This document shows positions 13,662-24,916 of a stretch of 64,000 bases of DNA, piece after piece (the first letter of the stretch is position 1; the number at the start of each line of letters is the position of its first letter). The DNA is taken from contig OZ024740.1 in NCBI GenBank assembly GCA_964016885.1, positions 122,636,001 to 122,700,000 on the forward strand. Reading direction: 5' to 3'. The DNA is from Eledone cirrhosa. Lineage: Eukaryota. The notes under the pieces are model-generated. The model searched no databases. It had not been told where the DNA came from and saw nothing but the letters and a program-made list of their open reading frames with translations. Made by a program: the position numbers and the translations under genes.

Positions 13662-15632
13662 TTACCTTACTTCTCGTAGGGGAAGGACGGTTTTTCCATC
13701 CTTTTCACTGCTTGTGGCCTCCTCAGGAAGGATGTCCTTATAAATCCTCCTGGAGAGTGCTTGTCGGAAGTCTCCGATGTCTTTGGGGAATTTTTGTTTT
13801 AGTGTCATGTACGTTTTCTGTGTGATGCGAGTGATTTGTATGTGTGGAGGTGGTGTGAATTTTGGGGTTGTTGTGTAGTCTTTTTCTGTGATGCTGGTGT
13901 TGTGTTGGATGAAGTGTAATAATTGCTTGTTGTTCAAATTTAATGCTGTGTAGTGTGTATCGTTTTGGTTGTTTTGTTTTGTTTGCGTTTGTTGTGGTTT
14001 TGTTTCTGTTTCGCATTTTGTTGACTTTTGTGGTGTAGGTGATGGTGGTGTTGGAGTTAATGATGGTGATGGTGTTGGTGTTTGGGTTGATGGGGTTGGT
14101 GATGCTGGTGTGGATGGTGGCATATCTGTCCTAACTTTTTTGTTTCTTAGTTTATTTGTTTCCATCTGTATTTTGTTTTTGGAGAGGGAAGGAAGAGAAT
14201 TTTTTCTTTTTTGGTTTCTTTTTTTTTTCCGGATATCGTTTCCCACTCCTCGTCGTCACAATCTGTCTCCAGTTGTGATAGGCCGGGGAGTGGAAAATCC
14301 TCCACAGCCGTTAGTTTTGGTTGTGGTGTGGTGGATGGTGTAGGCGCTGGTGCTAGTTCTGAAGCGTTGGGTGGTGGTGGTGTTGGTTTTGCTACTGTTG
14401 CTGGGGTTGTTGCTGTTATAGTTGCTTCTGTTGTTGCTGCTACAGTTGTTGCTGCCATCTCTGCTACTGGTGGTGTTGATGGGTGTGTCACTGGGGTGGG
14501 TAGGAGAGGGGGCCTCAACCTTTTAGCCTGAGGGCAGAAAGCCCTTAGATGGGTTCCTTCACCACAAACGACACACCTAGGTCTTCTGCCCTCGACAATT
14601 ACCGTGAGGTGGCTGCCGTCAGTGAGGTCTATTACCTCTGGGATCTCCTCAATGCTTTTTTGGTCCGCTTGGATCAGGAGCTCCATCCCAGATCCGGACC
14701 AGTTTTCCTGCTTTTCTTTTGCTATTGCTATTATTTTCGTGTTGGCTTCGATGCCGGCGAGGACAGCCGCTATTAGCCAGGGAATTTCGATGACCGGTGG
14801 AACGTGGGTCACCCTGATCTTTACGAGTCTCTGGCCACAATAGCTTGGGATGAGTGTGAAGTCGTCACTTTTTAATGGGGCCATGGAGTGTTCTCTAGCC
14901 TCCTCTGGTGTTTCAAAGAACACATCCACGGTTCCATACTTTTGCCCACGTCTGATGTGGGTTTTTCTTGCCCACACATGTCCCAAAGCTTTTTGGATTT
15001 GGGACTCGGATGCCCGTTCCACTCGGCGCGATTTTACATTTATTGTTCTATACGACACGGTGCATAGGCGCCGATGCTCCATTTTATTAGGTGGGGGGGG
15101 TGAGGCTGACCCTGTACCCATCTTTCTTTACCATTTGTTTGGCATTTTCTAAATCCTCTTGAGTTACCGTGAACGCTTCGAATTGTTTTGCTACGATGGC
15201 GAAACTGAGGGTCGGTTTTATAATGTCATTGTTGTTGTTGTTGCTATCGTTATTTGTGTTAATATTAATTTTAGTTTCAGTTGTGGTGGTGGTGGCGTCA
15301 GTCGTCTTTGGTGCGGAAGAGTCCATTTTGCTTAATTTCATTTCGACATCACGAGTTAATTTATTTTTTTCTTCTTTTGTTTCTGTTGTCGCGGTGGTGG
15401 TGGGGGTGGTGGTTGTCGCGGTGGTGGTGGTGGTGGTGGAGGCTTTAACACCTGCAGTCATTGGTAATGGCGGGAAATGAATGTCTGCCTGAGACAAATT
15501 TAAAATATTGCTACTGCTTATATTTTTTTTTGTGTTGGCAAATGTAGTAACATTTACAATGGTGGTGTCGGTGTGAGGTGTTATTTTGTGAGGAAGGCTT
15601 TCAGCTGCTTCGTGCAGAGGGGAATTAGCCAT
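13662..15632 (-). pseudogene. Tx1 ORF1 (gag-like; possible RRM-like region, CCHC knuckle, T/P-rich linkers), split by two homopolymer frameshifts
   Basis: ORFs 15087..15632, 14147..15121 and 13662..14246; knuckle CVVCGEGTHLRAFC (CX2CX4HX4C). Frame changes coincide with the G8 run at ~15093-15100 and the T10 run at ~14219-14228. Confidence 0.8.
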
Positions 15633-15840
15633 TTTTTTTCAAAGAAATTTTTGGATAATAATAAAAGTTAAAATTTTGGGCACAAGGCCCCAATCTTTTT
15701 GGGTATCCTTTTCGGAAAACAATGTATGTGTGCTTATAAACAGTTAACAATAAAATTTTCCATAAATGGCAATTTTTAACAAACGGAAATAACAAACCTT
15801 TGCGGAGCTCACGATGATACGATTTACTACGTAGGTCGCC

Positions 15841-15890
<50 letters not shown>

Positions 15891-15914
15891 TAATAATAAT
15901 AATAATAATAATAA

Positions 15915-15945
<31 letters not shown>

Positions 15946-15950
15946 AAGAA
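15841..15950 (+). repeat. (AAT)n followed by (GAA)11
   Basis: Visible; the GAA run abuts the 5' truncation point of Dong copy D. Confidence 0.95.
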
Positions 15951-17256
15951 GACGGATACAAGTATTTGCGTGTTCTGGAGGCTGATGACATCAAGAACAA
16001 AAAAATGAAGGAATTGATAAGAGCTGAATACATTCGGAGAGTAGGGAGCGTATTAAAGTCACATCTGAACAGTAGGAATGCCATAAGTGCAGTAAATTCC
16101 CGAGCTCTGTCTATTATTAGGTACAGTACGGGAATTCTGAGATGGAATGTTGCTGAACAAAAGAAATGGATTTGAAGACTAGGAAGCTATTGACTATCTA
16201 CATGTTCCACAAGAGGAGTGATGTCGATAAACTCTACGTAAGAAAATCTGAAGGTGGAAGATGTCTTATCAGCATAGAGGACTGTGTTAAGATGGAGATA
16301 AACAACCTACACAAATACGTGACTGATAGTAAGGAGCCAATGCTCAGAACTGTACTGAAGGAGGGGACAATAGGCCAGGTGATGTCCAAGGAGGAAATAA
16401 CATCAAGGAGAAAGAGCAGCCTTCAGGAAAAATCCCTTCATAGTACCTTCTTTGAGAAAACTTAATTTAGAGATCCACAGACATGGAACTGGTTGAAAAG
16501 AGGAGCCATTAAAAAGGCTACAGAAGGAATGTTAATGACTGCGCAGGAGCATGCCCTCAAAACGAAGTGGTTGAAACACCATATTTACAAGGAGGAGGCT
16601 AGCCCACTGTGCAGGACCTGTGGAGAGAGAGAGGATACTGGCTCACATTGTATCCGAGTGTAAACACCTAGCCCAGACTCACTATAAGGGCTGGAGACAT
16701 GATGTGATGGGCAGGGTGATCCACTGGCACCTATGCAAAGTAAACAATTTACCACATTCTGAGAAGTGGTATGAGCATAAGCCAGAGTCGGTGATAGAAA
16801 ACGATCAGGTGAAGGTGCTGTGTGATTTTAGGATACAGACGGACAAGAAACTGGAACACAATAGACCTGACCTGGTGATTGTGGACAAAGAAAAAAGATT
16901 GTGCCTGATTGTGTATGTGGCCTGCCCATTCGAGACGAGAGTGCAAGAGAAGGAGAGGGAGAAAATTAACCGATACCAGGACTTAAAGTGGGAGGTAAAA
17001 AGGATTTGGAACTGCCATGAAGTCAAAGTGATCCCGATTGTCATAGGCGCACTAGGGACTATCTCAAAAAGTTTCCAGGGATGGTTAAAGAAAATTGGCC
17101 CCTTCACGCTTTTTGGAACACTTCAAAAGGCATGCTTGCTGGGAACAGCAAGAACCCTCCGATACGTCCTGAATATCTGAGGCTGCAGGTAGTGGCTTGA
17201 TATTCATTTCAACAAACTTTCCAGTTAACAAACATCAATGACTGAGACTCAGAGAG
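15948..17256 (+). mobile_element. R4/Dong family 1 copy D, 5'-truncated
   Basis: Starts at GYKYL; ORFs 15966..16175, 16166..16465, 16620..17180; family-1 3' UTR followed by (TAA)n at 17257-17272. Confidence 0.9.
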
Positions 17257-17272
17257 TAATAATAATAATAAT

Positions 17273-19163
17273 GATTTCTTTATTAACCACGAGGGTTTAC
17301 ATAAAGTAGACATTAAGGACACTGCAGGACAATACAGGACGGTACAAAGGGGCTTTTCTGCGTGTAAAAAACAAAAACAGAGGATGTAACAAAAAAATAA
17401 CAATGAAAAATTCCCCAATAGGGGGAGACTTCCGAGGGACATTCGTGGAGAAAGCCCATTAAAAAGCCACAGTCACCCTGACCACCAGGATAAGTGCCCT
17501 CTCCCAGTTTTCCACCTTTAATTTACAGACACATACTCAGAGTAGGCCCATTCACTCGGGCCATTCATGCATCTCTCACCCATCTTTCAACAAAATGCTG
17601 GGAAAAGAGCACTTCCCTTTCTACCCTGATTTTCCTTTTTAAATGAAATTTGAAAAAGTTAAACAGGGCATCACCGAAGAGGTAAATGCTCGTCTTCAGC
17701 CCTTTCAAACGTGTCCACCATACTATCTCTTTCGCCATGGCTACCTCACAGATAAAAGCTGCCTGTCCTTCTCGGCTAAAGGAACAGGGCGGGGAAATTC
17801 TCACGATGGACTCAGCTGATAGCTGGTTCCGTCCTACACGCGACAACAGGTGTTCGACATAAATCCACAAGTCAGCAATGCTCGGACACTGGACGAGTGC
17901 GTGCAGGACAGTTTCGTCGCCCTGTGCGCATCTCGGACATGCCCGGCTGACGGCTCCTCCAGGCCTGTAGAGTTTATCCCGAACTGGCAAAGCTCCTCGG
18001 TAACACTACTAGGCCAGGGATTTCTGAAAGTTGTCCATAGGCCCCGACCCGAAAGTTCTTCCGAAGAGATTGGCTAGTTGATTTTCGTCGACGCCTAGAT
18101 TTTCCTCCAAGTACGTCGTCGCTCTTCGCCTCCACTAATCCTCTATAGAACGCCAAGGTGGAGTTTCCACCGATCACATTGCCCGATTGTTCGAGGGCTG
18201 TGAGCGCCTGAAGACATTCCAGTCTCCAAGCGCTGCCTCTCGGTCTTCGTTTGACCCAGGTCTGCAGCTCCGTCAAGGAGACGAGCTGGGGAAAGACACG
18301 TCTAGCAAACGGCGACCACACCTGCTCACCGTCGAGGAAGAGGTGGAGATGTCGTAGCCTGAGCGCGTGTCTGCGCATCATCAGCTACGGCATTCCCAGC
18401 CCTCCACGTAGCGGGTGTTGACAGCAGATGGACCGCCTGACCATCGGAGCGCGTCCCTTCCACAAAAAGCGAAAGAGCAAACGCTCCAGCGCAGTCAGGC
18501 GGGGCTTAGGACAAGGTACGACGGTCAGGCGGTAGTAGATGACGGACGCGATGTACGCGTTAGCCACCTCCGCTCAACCTTTCAGGGATAGCTTCCTCTC
18601 GGCCCATTTCTGGGTGAGAGAAGCCATCCTGCTCGTCATCTCGTCCTAGTTTTTGTCCGTCTGGAGGTCCAGACCGAACCAGAGCCCTAGCAATTTAACC
18701 GGTCCCACCGTCCAGCATCCGACAACGCTGTTTGACGGCATGGACCTGCCTCTCCAGGTGCCGATCTGCAGGCCCACTGGGTTTTGCTGGTTGATCATTG
18801 CTCCTGTCACCGCTTCGTATTCTCTTAGTGTAGTGTCGATCGCCTCGATGTGTTTGGTGTTCGACACCACTACGCTGACATCGTCCGCATATGCTGACAC
18901 GGATCTTCCGCATCCTAGTTCGTGCGGGACGCCCCTCAACGTCTCCAGTTTGTGCAGTAATGGCTCGAGTGTCAATACGTACACGAGGGATGAGAGGGGA
19001 CATCCTTGGCGGACCGAGCACATGATGTTGAACGGTTCCGAAAGGTGACCGTTCACTCTCACCACAGAGCAGATGTCGCTGTGCATAAGCGATAAGCCGG
19101 AGAGTGGAAAATCCTCCACAGGCGTTGGTTTTGGTTGTGGCGTGGTGGATGGTGTAGGCGCTG
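17273..19163 (-). mobile_element. Tx1 copy 2, partial, with a 2.5-kb internal deletion
   Basis: Homologous to 9975-11779 and then to 14277-14349, joined at GAT (19091-19093). Retains SAYADD and CPRCAQGDETVLHALVQC. Confidence 0.9.
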
Positions 19164-22100
19164 CAAAAGAGGAAAATGGCTAAGTGGACAGAGAGGCAAA
19201 TAATTTCACCACCTCCACCACCACCGCCATCATCACCACTACCACGCCAAAAACTCTAGTCAAGTTACCTCAACTTCTATTTCTACTTCAACTTCAACAC
19301 CATCACTACAGTACTACGATCACATCACCACTACTACTGCCTCATTATCGCTACCGCCGCTATTCTCTCCCACTACCTCCTGCTAAGACAGGCATCATAG
19401 TATTCCCACTAAATGAGGAAGGCATCAAAAGAAGTAAATAGAGTGATTTGATGACCCGGTCAAAAAATCAAAAAATCAAAAATCAAAATCAAAGCAGCAC
19501 AGCAACAACGAAAAACGTAAAGAAAAGTAAAAAGAAAAGAAAACAAACAGACAGACAGGCAAGCAGAAAAACTAAGTCAGACATTCAAACATTACATTAC
19601 AGTAGATTGGCAGTATCGGTAGAGGGTCGGACGCCATGCTTTCCAGCATAGTTACGTCCCTTTACGATCTGAGTTCAAATCCAGCCGAGGTTGACTTTGC
19701 CTTTCATCCTTACGGGGTCGATAAAATAAAGTACCAGTAATGCACTGGTTAATTGCTGGCCTTGTGACTAACGTAGAAACAATTACATTACACTGAAACT
19801 TATGCTTATGTTGGGGGGGGGGGTTACCTATTTGTTTGTTTGTTTATTTATGTTCGTCTACCGCGTGATAGTGCCACGCTAAAATCACCAAGGGTGATGA
19901 AATCACCGGAGGTGATGAAATCACCGGTGGTTATGTAACCATACATTCACAAATCCTCAATAAGAGTGTTTCAATGTCGAACCTAAACAGTTCGAATAAC
20001 GGTGAAGTGGAGACTGGAATGCCATGTGACAGACTCTCACATAGCAGGTGTTCCCTGGCTCAGCAGCAGCGACCTGGCTGTCAACCAAATACTGCTGCTG
20101 TCGGAGGAAGAAGAGGGAAAGGGGCCAGAACCAACTGGACGAAAGAATTGAATAGAACTGTTATGCAATGTTACCTGAAGAATAACCCCAAGGAAAAATG
20201 CTAGAGGAAACGGATGCATAACATCTGGAACGAGATTGGTCTATTTAAATTAGAACACCAATTGGTCGGGCAGACTCGGGTAATAAGAACTAATGGATGG
20301 ATAAGCGAGTTGGAACTGGAGGAACTGAGCAGAGAGATTAAGTTGGAAATGGAGAGTGGAGTATGTCAGGCAAACGAGCCAGTGGGAATTGAAGGTGAAG
20401 AGGTTGAGAGATCTGAGGAAGAATCCGATGCAGACAATGATCTGAATGTTGAAATAAATAACATCTGGAACAAAAATACGGCCATTGAGGAAATGAATGC
20501 TGACGGATTAGGACAAGATTTGGTTAGTATCCTGAACTCAGTGGTAGATAAAATTAACAATGATAGTGGAAAACCTATGAATCTAAGATTTGTAGACAGA
20601 AAAAAGTTAAAAGAAACAACAGCTAAGTGAAACAAAGTCATCCCATAACTTGAGGCGAGGAACCTTTACCAATGCAACAATCTCATCAAAGCAACCGCAA
20701 ACGCGGTGAGAAAATTACTTGGCATAAAAGCGAGAGGAAACAACAAACATGAAAGTTCAGAACCTTGGTGGAAGAAACGACTGAATGGTCAAATCAGAGA
20801 AATGAGAAATGACATTGGAAAGCTTGAGTCCCTACTGAATGGGGCACTAAAAAACATAGACACTAAAAATAGACTGGAAATAAAGTACAAATCTAGGAGG
20901 AAAAGGCTAAATATTATCATAGAGGAACTGAAGCAACGCATTGTAGAAAAGAGTACAAAACTTAGGCGATACGAGAGCAGAGTCAGTAAGTATAGACAGA
21001 ACCGCATGTTTGACAACAGCCAGAAGATGTTGTTTGGACAGCTTGAAGGGAAAGAAGGGGCAACGACTTGATCCCTGAGGCGGAACAAACTAAGACATTC
21101 TGGAGAGGAATATAGGAGCGGGATGTTAAACATAATGACAAGGCAGTGTGGATTGAGACAGTACAAAAGGAGATTAGTGAACAGGCACACCAACAAACTG
21201 ATTTGTGTATCACAATTGAAACTCTTAAAGGGCAGGCCAAAAAACTAACCAACTGGAAATCACCAGGCCCAGATGGTGTGCAGGGGTATTGGATTAAAAA
21301 TGTAACATCCCTCCACCCGAAACTGACAACCATGTTCAATGACTGCTTGATCTCAGGTGAGTTACCAGAATGGTTGAGAAAAGGTACCACAGTTCTGGTA
21401 ATGAGAGACCGAATCAAGGGTAATGATGTTACCGACTATACACCCATCACATGTCTGTCCGTAATGTGGAAACTGTTGACAAGCATTGTGTCTGAGGAAA
21501 TCTACCATCACCTCCACACAAACAACTTGTTACCGGACGAACAGAAAGGATGCTGAAAGAAGTCGCGTGGTACAAAGGACCAGTTACTTATTGATAAGAT
21601 GGTAATGAGGTTTTGCAAGAGGAGACACACTGGTCTTGCCATGGGATGGATAGACTACAAAAAGGCATTTGACATGGTGCCTCATTCTTGGATCACCAAA
21701 AGCCTAGAGATCTTCAAGATGGCAGATAACATCAGACAGTTGTTGAGCAAAAGTATGAAGTCCTGGAAAACAGATTTAACATCAGCTGGAGAATCCTTGG
21801 GAGTCGTGAGGATCAAGAGAGGTATCTTCCAGGGAGATAGTCTGTCCCTCTGTTGTTTGTCCTTGCCCTGATGCCCCTGACCATTATACTGCGAACTGTG
21901 AGAGCAGGATACAAGTTGGGAAAGCGAGAGCTTACCATCAATTACCTTCTCTTCATGGACGATCTTAAGCTCATCGGGAAGAGTGAGAAGGAGTTGGATG
22001 TACTTGTTGACACTGTCCGTATTTTCAGCAACGATATATGTATGCAAATTGGTATTAGTAAGTGTGGAGTCCTTGTGATGAAGAGGGCTAAATTGAGCAG

Positions 22101-23440
22101 AAGCAACGGAATCCAGGTACCAACAGGTGAGCAGATAAATGAAATTGACACTGAAGAAGGATACAAGTATTTGACTATTCTGAAGGCTGATGACATCAAG
22201 AACAAAAAATGAAGGAATTGATAAGATCTGAATACATTCGGAGAATAAGGAGCGTATTAAAGTCACATCAGAACAGTATGAATGCCATAAGTGCAGTAAA
22301 TTCCCGAGCTGTGTCTAATATTAGGTACAGTGCGGGAATTCTGAGATAGAATGTTGCTGAACAAAAAGAAATGGATAGGAATACTAGGAAGCTATTGACT
22401 ATCTACAACATGTTCCACAAGAGGAGTGATGTCGATAGACTCTACTTAAGGAGATCTGAAGGTGGAAGAGGTCTTATCAGCATAGAGGACTGTGTTCAGA
22501 TGGAGAAAAACAACCTACACAAATACGTGACCGATAGTAAGGAGCCAATGCTCAGAATTGTACTGTAGGAAATAACAAGGAAATAACAACAAGGAGAAAG
22601 AGCAGCCTTCAGGAAAAATCCCTTCATAGTACCTTCTTTGAGAAAACTGAATTCAGAGATCCACAGACATGGAACTGGTTGAAAAGAGGAGACCTTAAAC
22701 AGGCTACAGAAGGAATACTAATGGCTGCGCAAGAGCAGGCCCTCAAAACAAAGTGGTTGAAACACCATATTTACAAGGAGGAGGCTAGCCCACTGTGCAG
22801 GATCTGTGGAGAGAGAGAGGAGACTGTGGCTCACATTGTATCCGAGTGTAAACACCTAGCCCAGACTCACTATAAGGGCTGGAGACATGATGTGATGGGC
22901 AGGGTGATCCACTGGCACCTATGCAAAGTAAACAATTTACCACATTCTGAGAAGTGGTATGAGCATAAGCCAGAGTCGGTGATAGAAAACGATCAGGTGA
23001 AGGTGCTATGGGATTTTAGGATACAGACGGACAAGAAACTGGAACACAATAGACCTGACCTGGTGGTTTTGGACAAGGAAAAAAGATCGTGCCTGATTGT
23101 GGATGTGGCCTGCCCATTCGACACGAGTGTGCAAGAGAAGGAGAGGGAGAAAATTAACCGATACCAGACTTAAAGTGGGACTTAAAAAGGATTTGGAACT
23201 GCCATGAAGTCAAAGTGGTCCCGATTGTCATAGGCGCACTAGGTGCTATCTCAAAGATTTTCCAGGGATGGTTAAACAAATTGGCCTCGCCCCGCTTTTT
23301 TGAACACTTCCAAAGGCATGCTTGCTGGGAACAGCAAGAACCCTCCGATACGTTCTGAATATCTGAGGCTGCAGGTAGTGGCTTGATATTCATTTCAACA
23401 AACTTTCCAGTTAACTAACATCAATGACTGAGACTCAAAG
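19164..23440 (+). mobile_element. R4/Dong family 1 copy C, more diverged, many stops and frameshifts, leader partly retained
   Basis: ORF fragments 19974-23173 are homologous to copy B. The leader matches 5577-6430 patchily (CAAAAG..AAAATGGCTA, AATTTCACCACC, GAGGAAGGCATCAAAA, ACTAAGTCAGACATTC). Confidence 0.88.
19591..19792 (+). mobile_element. SINE (B-box, Meta-like central domain) inserted in the Dong C leader with 11-bp TSD ATTACATTACA
   Basis: Absent from copies A and B. TSD at 19591-19601 and 19782-19792; B-box-like GAGTTCAAATCC; core GACTTTGCCTTTCATCCTTACGGGGTCGATAAAATAAAGTACC resembles the MetaSINE domain; second copy at 38304. Confidence 0.85.
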
Positions 23441-23474
23441 AACAATAATAATAATAATATTATTATTATTATTA
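23441..23474. repeat. (AAT)n|(ATT)n palindromic junction of two tail-to-tail Dong tails
   Basis: AATAATAATAAT switches to ATTATTATTA at ~23459. Confidence 0.9.
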
Positions 23475-24916
23475 CTTCGTTATCTCAGTTATTGATGTCA
23501 TTTCCCCAGAAAATTTGCCCTTAAGAACATCAAGCCACTACTTGTAGCCTCAGATATTCAGGATGTATCAGAGGTTCCTTGCTGTTCCCATTAGTGTTCC
23601 AAGAAAGGCGGCTGGGCTGATGTTCATTAACCAGCATTGGAAGCTCTTCGAGATAGTACCTAGTCTTCCCATGTCAAGAACCTTGATCTCATGACAACTC
23701 CAAATTCTTTTCAATTCCCACCTTAAGTCCTGGTATCGGTTAATCTTCTCCTTCTCCCTTTCTTGCACTCTAAGGAACACGCTGCATCTACATTCAAGCA
23801 CAATTTTTTTTCCTTATTAAAACCCATCTAGTCAAGCCTATTTTGTTATAATTCTTTGTCAGTTTGTATCCTGAAATCCCACAGCACTTTCATCTGATCG
23901 TTTTCTATCACTGACTCTGGCTTATTCTCGTACCTTTTATCAGAAGGAGGTAATTTATTCAGTTTGCACAAATACCAGTGAATCACTTTTCCTATGGTAT
24001 CATGCCTCTATTCTTTATAGTGATTCTGGGCTAGAATGTTACACTCAGACATGATGTGAGCCACAGTTTCCTTTCTCTCTCCACAGATCCTACAGAATTG
24101 ACTAGCTTCCTCCTTGTCTATATGGTGTTTCATCTACTTCACACTCAGGGCGTTCGCCTGTGCAGCCAGTAGCATTGCTTCAATACAGCCTTAAGCCTTG
24201 GCTCATTACTCTCAGACACATATATGTGTAAACTGCTTTTCTCCATCGGAGCACAGCCCTCCACGCTGATAGGACCTTTTCTTTCTACAGATCTCCTTAA
24301 GTGCAGTTTATCAACATATACCTTCTTATGAAACATACTGTAGGTAGTCAGTAATTCCTTTGTCTTTCTACCCAGTTCTTTTTGTTTGTTTACATTCCCT
24401 TTAAGAATTCCAAGACTCTACCTAATAATAGACACAGCTAAGGGATTTAATGCACTTAAGGTATTTATACTATTTAGGTGTGATTTTAGTATGTTCTTTA
24501 TTCTCCTTATGTATTCAGATCTTATCATCTCCTTTATTTTTTTCCCTGGTGTTATCCACCTCCGGAACACCAAATACCTGTATCCATCTTCAGTTTCAAT
24601 CTACTTTATCATCTCACCTGTGTGTACCTCAATTCCGTTGCATCTCTTCAGTTACCTCATTCCATTTCTAGAACTTCATACTCATTTATACTAAATTCCA
24701 TAAATATATTGCTGAAATAGGATCAGTGTTCACAAGTAAATCCAATTCCTTCTCACTCTTCTTAAAGGGTTTTATGTAATTTATGAAGAGGAGGTGACTG
24801 ATGGTAATCATTTCTCTTCCCAGTTTGTATGCTGCCTTCCCTCTTCGAAATATGAGGGATAAGTGTATAAGGGCAAGGACAAACTATAAAGTGGACAGAC
24901 TATCTCCTTGGAAGAT
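23475..24916 (-). mobile_element. Older Dong family-1-related copy E, 5'-truncated, inverted
   Basis: Reverse complement has the same 3' end (CTGAATATCTGAGGCTACAAGTAGTGGCTTGAT) and RVQEREKEKINRYQDLRWELKRIW; homology ends at IFQGDSLS near 24916. Confidence 0.85.

Larger units (their letters stand above)
9970..15840 (-). mobile_element. Tx1/L1-clade non-LTR retrotransposon copy 1, full length (5' UTR, ORF1, ORF2 APE-RT-CCHC, polyA signal)
   Basis: ORF2 starts SINARGL..ISETR and has GDWN, YLDRVF and TDH (AP endonuclease); KSPGLDG, VRQGCPLS, AYAD (RT). Minus-strand AATAAA at 9981-9986. (AAT)n on both flanks. Confidence 0.92.

Noticed and set aside
337-23393. Many repeated antisense and alternate-frame ORFs over the LINEs
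   Set aside because: Shadows of RT ORFs that recur only because the elements are near-identical.
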